From Octopus sinensis (Eukaryota), in contig NW_021833154.1 of NCBI RefSeq assembly GCF_006345805.1, positions 1 to 28,946 of the forward strand: a DNA stretch of 28,946 bases, given 5' to 3'. The position numbers were made by a program, and so were the translations under genes. This document shows, one piece after another, positions 10,296 to 22,419 of this stretch (its first letter is position 1; every line of letters starts with the position of its first letter). The notes beneath the pieces were generated by a model. The model saw nothing but the letters and a program-made list of their open reading frames with translations. It searched no databases and was not told the origin of the DNA.

Positions 10296-10832
10296 CCCTG
10301 ATGCAGTACCAGGCAGTGGCTCTCATGGCTTCTGATCGTAACTGGTTGGAAGTGTTATCATGTACATTGTTTTATTTTGGTATAAAAGATGGGCTATAGC
10401 AAGTATTCTGCTCAATACCACAGATTTGCTTGTCAGTTGTTTGACCACAGCCAGTTGATCATGTCCCTTAGTGGCTGATGATATGTGCATCTCTCATCAC
10501 GAGCAGTAGGGGAGCATGATAGCCATGTGTTGAGAGGGGCTTGAATAATTCACCTAAGGAAACACGGGTGTTTCGTTCAACATCCTTAAACAACCCTTAT
10601 TCAGGGACCTTTTGAGCGGGATGGGTTACTCGACCAGAGGAAAATTCTAACTGGGCCCCACCTGCAAGGTCATGTGCTGTTTATCTTGATATGAGATCAC
10701 CATGTCGCGCACATATGGTTGTGATGCAGGTGCCTGGTGTACCCTTATCAGACGCGTTGTCATGATGGGTATACTGGGCTTCGTATATTTTACCCCAGTG
10801 TCACTTTGATGACATGCACTGTTCTCTCACTC
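10295..10832 (+). mobile_element. Non-coding retroposed repeat ending in CTCTCACTC-(AAT)n
   Basis: Three copies in the window (also 19487-19871 and 22839-23026) share the same end and differ in 5' truncation. Confidence 0.85.
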
Positions 10833-10886
10833 AATAATAATAATAATAATAATAATATAATAATAATATAATAATAATAATAATAA

Positions 10887-11093
10887 TGGTTTCAAGATTT
10901 AGTAGAAGGACATCAATTTCGGTGATGGGGAAAGTTGATTACATCAGACCCAGTACACAGCTGGTATTTATTTTATCGTCCCCGAAAGGATGAAAGGTAA
11001 ATTCGACCACAGCCGAATTTGAACTCACAAAGTTAATACCGACTAAGCATTTGGTCTAGCGCACTAACGGTCCAGCCAGCCAGCCCGCTGCCT
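10887..11093 (-). mobile_element. Nin-domain-type SINE, diverged
   Basis: Reverse-complement match to the 7022 family (CCTTTCATCCTTTCGGGG core); flanked by AAT repeats. Confidence 0.8.
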
Positions 11094-11094
11094 A

Positions 11095-11168
<74 letters not shown>

Positions 11169-11242
11169 AATAAAAAGAAAAGGACGGAAAGAGAGTTTTC
11201 TCAGATAACGTAGCGGAGCTCATTAAGAAAATATGCTTGATA

Positions 11243-11289
<47 letters not shown>

Positions 11290-11446
11290 GTGTGCATGTG
11301 CCTGTGCGTTTATGCTTGTGTGTGTATGTGCGTTTGTTCGAGTATGCGTGATTGTGTCCATATGTGCTTGTGAGTATGAGAATTTATGTATATGTCGTTG
11401 GACGCATATGTGTGAGTTAGTGAGATCACATTTGTAGGAAATGTTT

Positions 11447-11499
<53 letters not shown>

Positions 11500-11501
<2 letters not shown>

Positions 11502-11636
11502 ACATACAAATCGTGTAGATATGCATTAGTATCAAACACAGTTATATTACATTCAATGGAACTCACTGGAACTTTTGTGATTGCAATTCAAGTCACGTTG
11601 TATCTTGCCTTTTGGGACATTATTTCTAGTGTCGCC
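11500..11636 (-). pseudogene. Candidate C-terminal exon piece of IgGFc-binding-like copy B
   Basis: Acceptor cttgctgtag|11636. GDTRNNVPK (cf. GDPxMxxVPP); later in another frame CNITVFDTNAYLHDLYV. An internal donor CCA|gtgagt at 11566 is an alternative reading. Confidence 0.28.
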
Positions 11637-11759
11637 CTACAGCAAGATTTTAGCAATCCAATTTCACGTTTATATATATCAATATTTTTGTGTATACAAT
11701 ATGTAGTAATAACCTTTTTCTCTTCACTTCATTTATATTTCCGCATACGCACACAAGCA

Positions 11760-11884
11760 CACACAAATACATACATATACATATATATATATGTACATAT
11801 ATTCCTATACCTACATATACAAACACACACACACACATATATATATATATATGCATATATATACGTTTTTGTATTGATGTGTGC

Positions 11885-11921
<37 letters not shown>

Positions 11922-11977
11922 GCTAATATATATATTATATATATAATATATATATATATATATTATATATATATATA

Positions 11978-12008
<31 letters not shown>

Positions 12009-12024
12009 CTAATATATATATATA

Positions 12025-12073
<49 letters not shown>

Positions 12074-12082
12074 TAATATATA

Positions 12083-12126
<44 letters not shown>

Positions 12127-12130
12127 ATAT
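11760..12130. repeat. (TA)n/(CA)n microsatellite
   Basis: Direct repeats. Confidence 0.95.
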
Positions 12131-12132
12131 AT

Positions 12133-12505
12133 GGCGTTAGAGTGGCTGTGTGGTAAGTAGCTTGCTTACTAATCACATTTTTCCGGGTTCAATACCACTG
12201 CATGGCACTTGGGCAAGTGTTTTCTACTATACGGTGAGTGGATTTGGTAGATGGAAACTGAAAGAAGCCCGTCGTATATATGCATGTGTGTGTGTGTTTG
12301 TATGCCTGTGTTTGTCCCCCTAATATCGCTTGACAACCTATGCTGCTGTGTTTACGTCCCCGTAGCCTAGCTGTTCGGCAAAAGAGACCGATAGAATAAC
12401 TACGGGCGGGCAGAGAATAAGTCCTGGGGTTTATTTGCTGGACTAAAGGCGGTGCTCCATCATGGCCACAGTCAAAATGACTGAAACGAATTAAAGAGTA
12501 AAAGA
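12133..12505 (+). mobile_element. tRNA-derived SINE with internal microsatellite, near full length
   Basis: GGCGTTAGAGTGGCTGTGTGGTAAG head, GGTTCAATACC B-box, GGCACTTGGGCAAGTG core, tail GACTGAAAC..AAAGAGTAAAAG; matches 25651-26035. Confidence 0.9.
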
Positions 12506-12524
12506 ATATGTGTATGTATCTTTA

Positions 12525-12598
12525 TGTATGTATGTATGTATGTATGTATGTATGTATGTATTTATGTATGTATGTATTTATGTATGTATGTATGTATG

Positions 12599-12629
<31 letters not shown>

Positions 12630-12694
12630 ATATGTATGTATGTAATGGTGTATGTATGTATGTATGTATGTATTTATGTATGTATGTATGTATG

Positions 12695-12756
<62 letters not shown>

Positions 12757-12795
12757 TGTATGTATGTATGTATGTATGTATGTATGTATGTATAT
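12525..12795. repeat. (TATG)n microsatellite
   Basis: Direct tetranucleotide run. Confidence 0.95.
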
Positions 12796-12834
12796 ATATC
12801 TGTCTGTCTATTTATCTGTATTTGGAACATAAAT

Positions 12835-12974
12835 CTGAAACAAACCGAATCGACGGCAGAGCGACACCGTGTCGAAATATATCGCAGTTATCCTATGATG
12901 CCTTGAGTATTAAGCTATTTTCAAAAGGGGTTCGTAAGCTTTTCCTGAATCGAGCCATACCGGTGCCTTCGATT
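12835..12974 (-). pseudogene. Candidate middle exon of IgGFc-binding-like copy B
   Basis: Acceptor aatgtag|12974. KAPVWLDSGKAYEP then, after a frameshift, PFENSLILKAS*DNCDIF; resembles EQxPPxxxWGKxF...RIxASxDNT. Confidence 0.35.
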
Positions 12975-13076
12975 CTACATTTTAAACATGTATGTACGTG
13001 TCTCACAATATGTATTCATACATTTATTTGATAGAAATCTATAAGTTACATATATTTCTCTTGCCTTCACACTTAC

Positions 13077-13396
13077 TAAATAATATTTTTCTATAATTCA
13101 GAATCTCATATTCGCTATTCATTTTTCCCAAGAGAATATATTTCCTATTGTACAAAAACAATTTTTGATTAGAGGCCGCACATATCAAACATGTACGAAG
13201 ACGCCATTTCCAATAATACGTCCTGTTCTTCAATTGTATACTTCGTTACCCGCTTCCGGTGGTTTCATTTCTTTCCCAATTGAACTCTCTAACACAAGTT
13301 TGCCATGTTATTTCCTGTGTGAAGCTACAACGGAATGAAGAAGGTGAGATATACGCATATGGTAGTTTCCTGTAGGACATGGACGCGTCTAAGTAA
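13077..13396 (-). pseudogene. Candidate exon of copy B (long frame with one TAA)
   Basis: ORFs 13246-13482 and 13039-13233 are in one frame, separated by a single TAA. Acceptor tttcaaag|13396; donor TTTA|gtaagt at 13076 gives a 102-nt intron to the 12974 acceptor. Confidence 0.33.
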
Positions 13397-13929
13397 CTTT
13401 GAAAGAAAGACTTATGAAGAAGTGAGAAATAATGGAGAGTGAGCGAACTGAAATGAGGTAGAAAGAAGAAAGGAGAATGCAATAAAGAAGTTCAAATATG
13501 AAGTTAAATGTCAGCAACAGGGATTAATAATTATCTAAGGTCAGAAATTAGGTCTTACATCTTACTATATTTTAAATTTAAATGTCTGGAAATCCACCCG
13601 AAGTTGGCTTACATTTTCTTGCATTGAAGATTTCATTTTATTATATGAATGGAATATTTAGCTCACTAAATAAACACCATTAGCAAACATTTCAATATCT
13701 TCAATTACAGTATGTAATTAATTTTTTTCCCAATAAATGAATTAACTGTCAACTATTGTATGTCAAAGTAACTGTATATATCTTTCGTTATGATTGATAA
13801 CCTCGTTTTAGAAATAACAATCTGTTCTTAATTTTAAAGTCATACTGGTATTTTTAGGTCCAACTCAGTTTTTGTAGCAAAATAAACTTCGTCAGAAGTA
13901 GATGCGTATCGCAGGAGTTTTTTTGCTGT

Positions 13930-14110
13930 TATTGTTGTTGTTATTGTCTATGATGATGTTGATTAAGATGATGGTGGTGGTGGTGGTGGTGGTTGTGGTG
14001 ATGATGATGATATTGAAGATAGTGGTGGTGGTGTTGCTGCCGCTCATGATTATGATGTAATGGTGATAATGATGTTGATGGTGATAGTGATGATAAAGAT
14101 GATGATGATG
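13930..14110. repeat. GAT/GGT/GTT low-complexity tract
   Basis: Imperfect trinucleotide runs. Confidence 0.88.
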
Positions 14111-14129
14111 GAAAGAAGTTAGGTGAAAA

Positions 14130-14903
14130 TCACCAAGGGCCCCACTGCCGAGACCCAGAAGCTTGCCCGCTTGACTAGGTATGTATGATACACTCCGTCA
14201 CATACGTGGCAGAAGTAGCACAACACTTCAAGAAAACTCAATGAAAAGAATTACATTGGGTCATCTGAAGGCAATTTTAAGAGACGTTATGCAAACCACC
14301 CAACTACTTTCAGCATATCGACAAAAGTAATGCTAAGTTGGCTAGATAAGTATGGAATTTAAAGAGCAACTCCCCACTACAATTAAGTGGAGAAACATGG
14401 AGACAGAAGGAAGGAGCACTCCGTCGGTTACGACGACGAGGGTCCCAGCTGATATGATCAACAGAACAGCCTGCTCGTGAAATTATCGTGCAAGTGGCTG
14501 AGCACTCCACAGACACGTGTACCCTTAACGTAGTTCTCAGGGAGATTAAGCGTGACACACAGTGTGACAAGGCCGGCCCTTTGAAATACTGGTACAACTA
14601 ATTTTTGCCAGCTGAGCGGACTGGAGCAACATGAAATAAAGTGTATTGCTCAAGGACACAACGCGTCGCTTGGAATCGAACTCACGACCTTACAATCGTG
14701 AGCCGAATGCCCTAACCACTAAGCCACGCGCCTTCACAACATGGAGACAACCAAGCCATACGTTAACGGATCTGAGAAATGAAACTTATGCATTGCTGAA
14801 AGATCTCATTTCCTTCTTAGATCCAAGAATCACACAGCACACTGCCTAATCTGAAATTTTTAGCTGGTGCAAACACATGGACAGGCTTCTTTCGTTGAAC
14901 TAG
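14130..14903 (+). mobile_element. Decayed Penelope-like element GIY-YIG endonuclease (Naiad-like), split by a SINE
   Basis: Joined across the SINE: CRDPEACPLD*VCMIHSVTYVAEV..KNYIGSSEGNFKRRYANH..LAR*VWNLK..IKWR..KPYVNGSEK*NLCIAER..SEIFSWCKH; several frameshifts. Confidence 0.85.
14413..14735 (-). mobile_element. Full-length tRNA-derived SINE with 12-bp TSD
   Basis: A and B boxes, GTGTCCTTGAGCAA central motif, tail CCCTCGTCGTCGTAACCGACGGAGTGCTCC; TSD AACATGGAGACA at 14394-14405 and 14738-14749. Confidence 0.93.
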
Positions 14904-15110
14904 AGGACACCACCCGCTCCCGATTGAGTTGCTGTCTCGTAGACTTTAACATATTTTCTGTTGTTTTGTTTTATACCACTTGCATTAGTTGAGGTTTCTG
15001 TAGTTTCCTTGCTTTCGTTTATTTATTCTCGTTCCTCGTTCCAGCTTCTGCATCAACTTCTTTCGAGGTTATTTTATGTTTTTTTTCCTTCTTATTTCAT
15101 CACTGTTCAG

Positions 15111-15494
15111 TGGAAGCACTCCGTCGGTTACGACGACGAGGGTTCCGGTTGATCCGAATCAACGGAACAGCCTGCTCGTGAAATTAACGTGTAAGTGGCT
15201 GAGCACTCCACAGACACGTGTACTCTTAACGTAGTTCTCGGGGATATTCAGCATGACACAGAGAGTGACAAGGCCGGCCCCTTTGAAATACAGGTACAAC
15301 AGAAACAGGAAGTAAGAGTGAGAGAAAGTTGTGGTGAAAGAGTATAGCAGGGATCACCACCATCCCTGCCGGAGCCTCGTGGAGTTTTTAGGTGTTTTCG
15401 CTCAATAAACACTCACAACGCCCGGTCTGGGAATCGAAACCGCGATCCTACGACCGCGAGTCCGCTGCCCCAACCACTGGGCCATTGCACCTCC
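15111..15494 (-). mobile_element. Full-length tRNA(Arg)-like SINE (possibly an octopus OR-type family)
   Basis: Head GGAGGTGCAATGGCCCAGTGGTTGGGGCAGCGGACTCGCGGTCG with TCG in the anticodon-like position; 3' half shared with 14413-14735. Confidence 0.92.
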
Positions 15495-15495
15495 A

Positions 15496-15795
15496 TCTAA
15501 CGCATAAACAGAGCCTAAAAGATTGCTTGGAGATACATGGCGTATTTTATAAATATGCCTATTCAAGTATCGTAACAGTATGAAACTATTAGTAGCTCTT
15601 TCGGTATCCGTATTAAATTGATGTTTATCTCTCTCGCTGGATGGAGAATTATTTTGTTGATTCTACGTGAACTGGGTCTAAAAAATTGTATGTAAACAGA
15701 AGAGTTCCTGAAGTATGTATATCCAGTAAAATACACATCCAAACTGTTGCTGACATCAGGTAACCGAATACTGTGAACAGGCTTTAAACAATATG
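15496..15795 (-). pseudogene. Candidate N-terminal-domain exon of IgGFc-binding-like copy B
   Basis: Phase-1 acceptor ccttacag|15795. SNSLDVYFTGYTYFRNSSVYIQFFRPSSRRINKIILHPAREININLIRIPKELL..*IGIFIK..SVYALD, one in-frame TGA (15563-15565); cut off by the SINE at 15494. Confidence 0.45.
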
Positions 15796-16065
15796 CTGTA
15801 AGGTGTATACCAGAATAGAAAATTATTACTGTTATACACGCACATAGACAGACAGACACACACATATATTGTACATTATCAACAAGAGGAACATATATTT
15901 AATTGATTCAATTGAATTTATTCATCTACCAGTAATGGGAATCTCGGTTTAACTATGGAATAACTGTTCAGATAATAAATTTATTGATATAATAACATAC
16001 TTCGAGTACCCATCAAATACATAGAATGTTATCTAAATACGCACGAAAATTACGCTTTGTTCGGT

Positions 16066-16146
16066 CCGAGGTGCCACGCAGTGGGATCGAACCCGGAACC
16101 ATGTGGCTGGAAAGGAAGCTTCTTACCACACAGCCACTCCTGCGCC
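16066..16146 (-). mobile_element. SINE head fragment (12133/25651 family)
   Basis: Reverse complement GGCGCAGGAGTGGCTGTGTGGTAAG...GGGTTCGATCCCACTGCGTGGCACC. Confidence 0.88.
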
Positions 16147-16679
16147 TATACACTAGATAATTCTCTTTTTTTTTTTTAATTATACACCCACTCCAATACC
16201 CGATAACACAGAATCTACCGTAGACACATTAGTCGATATTTTCTCCACTCCGACAACCTACACCCAACCACCTGTGAACATTAACCCACACTTTTTCTAC
16301 ATCCCACCCTAACCATCTAACTTAACTCATACCCCGTATACACCCTTAGCCTACCCTGTACACACCCTTAACATTGCAGACAACTGAGTCAATGTCACTC
16401 AAAATTGAAATTCTCCAATGTCTTTTTCTCAATTTCTTTCTTTTTTGGGTTATATTTCAAGTGTTTTTTGTTTTTTTTTTAGAAAATCTTTAAAAAAAAA
16501 ACAAATTATTCTTTGTTATATATTTATTTATTTATTCATTTTTTTTTAAATTTTGATTCTGTCGTTTTCCAAACTTCTGTCAGCTCTTCAATTCTTCACT
16601 TTGCGCATCAATGATTCCAACAGTGTGCTCAGCTAATTACCTTTACCAACTCACACAGTAATTAACCACACCCTCTCCA

Positions 16680-17850
<1,171 letters not shown>

Positions 17851-18022
17851 TGTGGTTACACTGACACAACTATTGAATCAACACTATAATTAGCCTCAAT
17901 CGGTTGTATTATCCATTGTATGAACAATCTCTCCCACTCTCATCCTCCCCTTCAACTTTCACTTTCCTCTTTCCCCTCCTCCTCCTTCTCACCATCACCA
18001 CCACCACCACCACCACCACCAA

Positions 18023-18204
18023 AGCAATTTGCATGACGTTCTACGGATTTTACGCTCAATAGCAAACGTCACGTTATGTTCATTCACAAAACACCCCTCT
18101 ATACGTCTCCAGTCATCTGCTCTCACATTTAGATAATACTTAGCTGATGAGGTCTTATAAAGCCGGATTATGTACAGAGTTGTCATCGTTTCTGATACAG
18201 GCCA
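18023..18204 (-). pseudogene. Candidate C-terminal piece of IgGFc-binding-like copy A
   Basis: Open frame WPVSETMTTLYIIRLYKTSSAKYYLNVRADDWRRIEGCFVNEHNV..IRRT; resembles PPxxQ..Y..NYxNIV....GxxxDG....IxGT. Confidence 0.33.
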
Positions 18205-18714
18205 GAATCATTCTCCATTGTATTCTATGTATATTGAAGTGAAATTTATTGGATAGACCAATTTCTTGCTGACTATCCTGCACAGATATTTTGTTTTTAA
18301 ATAATTTTTCGGTGGGAAAATTTTGCCGCAGGGAATTTCACTATACAAGACGCTCAAAAACTAGATCAATTATTTTAAAGAAATTAGCTTTCTCTAATCT
18401 GTAGTTAAGTTGATGAAGATGTCATTCGAACAAAACGGATAATTGTTTTTTTTTTTCTTTTCCTTTTGGCAATTCATTATATTTTTATGGCGGAGTTTCT
18501 TAGGGCAAAAATGTTTTGGTTGAAATTTCCTGTAACTTAATCAAATGTCTGTGCTGCACATAAATTAATCCCCTCCATAAGATCGATGTTGCCTTTAAAA
18601 GTCCACCATGTAACACAGGTCAGATGTCACCAGTCAAATCACCCTCAAAACACGCCATGTTGTCTTATAAAAGTTGGGAAATAGAGTCCAACATGATACT
18701 AGATATAAAAATGA

Positions 18715-18790
18715 CAGGGCTATCACGGTCGAAATTGCTGTGATCTTAGGTCTCCTTGTTTTGGGCTATCCAGGTGTTAAACAACAACAC
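18715..18790 (+). mobile_element. Old diverged repeat 3' end (related copy at about 28762-28830)
   Basis: Shared ...TGATC(T)TAGGTCT...TTAA(A/G)CAAC ending. Confidence 0.4.
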
Positions 18791-18900
18791 CAGAGGCTTT
18801 TATAAATACTACCATCAACCGTACCCTTGGTTCTATCATCAATATTCCTACCAACGCCGTCGTCATCGTGTCGTCACCATCACAATTCTTCTTCTTCTTA

Positions 18901-19108
18901 TTATTATTCAGGTCACTGCCTGGAATCGAACTCGGAATCTTGGGGTTAGTAGTCCGCACTCTTAACCATTTGATATGTAAATGGGTGAATATTCTACATA
19001 TAGCTATACTCAGAATGTTTTTTCTTAGAATCAGCATGATACATGGCGTAGTGGCTAAGAGCACGGGTTACTAACTCCAAGATTCCGAGCTCGATTCCAG
19101 GTAGTGAT

Positions 19109-19118
<10 letters not shown>
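18901..19118. mobile_element. Inverted pair of tRNA-like heads
   Basis: 18901-18968 is the reverse complement of about 19052-19118; A-box TGGCGTAGTGG, B-box G(T/C)TCGATTCC; each head runs into AAT/AAG repeats. Confidence 0.85.
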
Positions 19119-19147
<29 letters not shown>

Positions 19148-19230
19148 GCTATTAAGTTAGACATGGCCTGGACCAATCTTTCCTGGACCAATCTTTGGTC
19201 GAAACATATCTAAGTTTATCTAAGTTTATC

Positions 19231-19269
<39 letters not shown>

Positions 19270-19276
19270 CAACAGC

Positions 19277-19420
19277 ATCGAAAACTACCTTAGGAAAGAG
19301 GACTCAGGTTCAAAATTTCCCCAAGGCACTTCATGAATGCTGGAGGGTATATCAACCGAAACGTAGTGTTAACAACAAACAAGATGAGGACAAATATCCG
19401 TGAATTGTAAATATTGTAAA
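19277..19420 (+). mobile_element. Penelope-like terminal fragment with degenerate hammerhead motif
   Basis: GCAC-TTCATGA-ATGCTG-loop-CAACC-GAAAC-GTA-GTGT at 19326-19369. Confidence 0.5.
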
Positions 19421-19424
19421 TAAT

Positions 19425-19466
<42 letters not shown>

Positions 19467-19486
19467 GTAGTAGTAGTATTATTATT

Positions 19487-19871
19487 GAGTGAGAGAGCAG
19501 TGTATGCTATCAAAGTGACACTGGGGTAGAAATATACGAAGCCCAGTATACCCATCATGACTACCCGTCTGATAAGTGTACACCAGGCACATGCATCACA
19601 ACCATATATGCGCGACATGGTGATCTCATATCGAGATAAACAGCACATGACCTTACAGGTGGGGCCCAGTTAGAATTTTCTTCTGGTCGAGTAGCCCATC
19701 CCGCTCAAAATGTCCCTGAATAAGGGTTGTTTAAGGATGCTGAATGAAACATTCATGTTTCCAGAGGTAATTTATTCAAACCCCAAAGAATCCCTCTCAA
19801 TACATGGCTATGATGTTCCCCCACTACTTCTGCTCATGATCAGAGATGCACATACCGTCAGCCACTAAGGG
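19487..19871 (-). mobile_element. Second copy of the non-coding (AAT)n-tailed repeat
   Basis: Reverse complement of about 10463-10832; ATT repeats on both sides. Confidence 0.88.
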
Positions 19872-19873
19872 GC

Positions 19874-19920
<47 letters not shown>

Positions 19921-19984
19921 GTTATTATTATTATTGTTATTATTATTATTATTATCGCAAGCTTCAAGAGCAGCAGGATCGCCA

Positions 19985-20620
19985 ACACATCCACCACCAT
20001 CACAGGGAAGCACGAACGTGAATACTACAACCAATGCGCCAGTCCGCACAAACACTCTCAACAAAAATTTCTGACACTGACCTCGCCACCACTGCCCCAA
20101 ACGCACCTCCCCACCACGACAAAATCAATATCGCAACCACCACCTCCGAAATCACTACAATCAGCACCACTGCCCCAACCATCGCAACCATTGCCACTAA
20201 AAAGTCACCATTGCAACCGCAGCCACCACCACCACCACCACCACAACTACTACTATCACCGGAGCATTTACAACCATCAAACCCTTCACCCCCACCACCA
20301 CCACCACCGCTACCACACCACAACTACTACTATCACCGGAGCCATTACAACCATCAAAACCTTCACCACCACCATCACCACCTCACCACCACTACCACCA
20401 CCTCACCACCACCACCACAACCACCGCCACCACAACTACTACTATCACCGGAGCCATTACTACCATCAAAACCTTCACCACCACCACCACCATCACCACC
20501 ACCACCACCGCCACCACCACCACCACCACTTCACCACCACTACCACCTCACCACCACCACCACCACCACCACCACCACCACCACTTCACCACCATGACCA
20601 CGACGACGACGACGACCACC
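19985..20620. repeat. (CAC)n-rich tract with a 49-bp unit repeated three times
   Basis: CACAACTACTACTATCACCGGAGC..TAC.ACCATCAAA.CCTTCACC at 20242-20290, 20319-20367 and 20431-20479. Confidence 0.9.
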
Positions 20621-20874
20621 CCACCACAGTCGCTACCGTACAAAAACAAACACATCCACCATTTTACTACGCCATCGACAACTCATACACCGCTCCCCCT
20701 AGAACACCTCCACAAACCACCCACAGTATTTGTCTGTTCAATCTTCAGTCACTTCCCCTCCCCACCGCACACCCAACAGTCTAGAGACTGTTCAATACCA
20801 AATAATAATTGCTCAGCTTTGAAATACCAGCACAGTTCTTTAATTCAATGTCTCGTCTGCTGGTACGACTATGC

Positions 20875-21063
20875 ACACACATACATACACACACACACAC
20901 ACACACACGCATACACACATACATACTTACATACATACATACACACACATACACACATTCATACATACACACATACATACATACATATATCCATACATAC
21001 ATATATGCATACGTAGATGTCTATGTATCTATACAAACTCATGTGTATCTATATGTATGTATG

Positions 21064-21095
<32 letters not shown>

Positions 21096-21144
21096 TATAT
21101 ATATGATATATATATATATGTAAATATATAATATATATGTATAT

Positions 21145-21195
<51 letters not shown>

Positions 21196-21534
21196 TATAT
21201 ATATATATATTGATATATAATATATATATATATATATATCATATATATATTATATTATATATATATATTCATATATATATATGGATATGTATGTATATAG
21301 CGAAATTCGTTTCTAATATATATATATATATGTGTGAGTGTGTGTATGTACACGCATGCATATATCTATACACATACATGCACTCACACACATATACATA
21401 CGCACACATATATGTATATATATATATATGTCTATGTGGGGATGTTGGTGCATGTGTATCGGTGTAGTCTTCATTTGTATACGCAAGTATTCCTGTGTCG
21501 ATGTGTCTGTCTGTCTGTCTGTCTGTCTATATCT

Positions 21535-21610
<76 letters not shown>

Positions 21611-21620
21611 CTATCTATCT
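20875..21620. repeat. (CA)n/(TACA)n/(TA)n/(TATC)n microsatellites
   Basis: Direct repeats. Confidence 0.93.
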
Positions 21621-21639
21621 ATTATTCTAGTGATTGGTG

Positions 21640-22372
21640 TGCTACGTTTCCAGTTGTCTTCGATATTATTCATGCAAGCCTTCTTTGCTTTTTGTTTGTA
21701 AGAAGACATCACTTGTTGTATTACGGATTTTTCGAGCTGTATCAGGTCTCTTCCACCTATTTTTCTTGGGAGATAAATCCTGTCCACATCTGATTTTGGA
21801 TGGTGCATTCGGTACCTTGTAAAAATTTTACGGATCTTTCCATCCATATTCTGCATGTCAGTGAGACTCCACAATGATATCGAAGCTATATATTGTTACT
21901 GGTATGGCCAAAGAATTGCTCGTATTAATTCTGTTTGCAGCATTTTATTCTGAGTTTAGGACCATTCTTACTCTTCGGTAGCTTTCCTTCCGGATTTTCT
22001 CTTTCATTTTAACGTGCTGGATACCATTACCTTCATCGGTTCTCAGATATTTGTATACTCCGGATTGGTCTAGGTTTCCAATAGCTGTGGTAGTATCAAG
22101 TTCTATTTTTTTCTGCCTTTATGGACTTCCCTGTCTTGAAAGTAGCTTTTGCACATTTATCAAACCAGAATTCCACACCTATATCAGATCTGAATTCTTT
22201 GACAATATTGAGGAGCTCCTCTAATTCTTTGTCGTTTTTGCCAAACAGTTTTAGATCATCCATATAGAGTAGAGGATTAATTTTCTGGTCAAAGATCGTA
22301 TATCCCCTCTTAGAATTATTCAGTTGCGTGGATAAAGGGAACAGAGTGGTGCAGAATAATAAAAAGAGTGAT
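21640..22372 (-). mobile_element. R4/Dong-like reverse transcriptase fragment, degenerate
   Basis: LLYMDDLKLFG (YMDD at 22255-22266), DKCAK, YKYL, NSLAIPV, KIRKIFTRYRMHHPKSDVDRIYLPRKIGGR; frameshifts and stops. Confidence 0.92.
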
Positions 22373-22419
22373 ACAATAATAATAATAATAATAATATAAT
22401 AATAATAATAATAATAATA

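Noticed and set aside
18144-18170. CTGATGAGGTCTTATAAAGCCGGA hammerhead-like start
   Set aside because: Lacks GAAA after stem II and lies antisense to a candidate exon.
19045-19112. tRNA gene (also the heads at 1002, 4818, 14735, 15494, 25651)
   Set aside because: A and B boxes are present but there is no proper acceptor stem, and each continues into a SINE body or repeat.
20242-20479. CRISPR-like repeat-spacer array
   Set aside because: Eukaryotic context, spacers are simple CAC repeats, no cas genes.
19846-20784. 312-aa His/Pro/Thr-rich ORF (extensin- or mucin-like)
   Set aside because: Starts in a repeat and an (ATT)n tract; the CAC tract is open in several frames.
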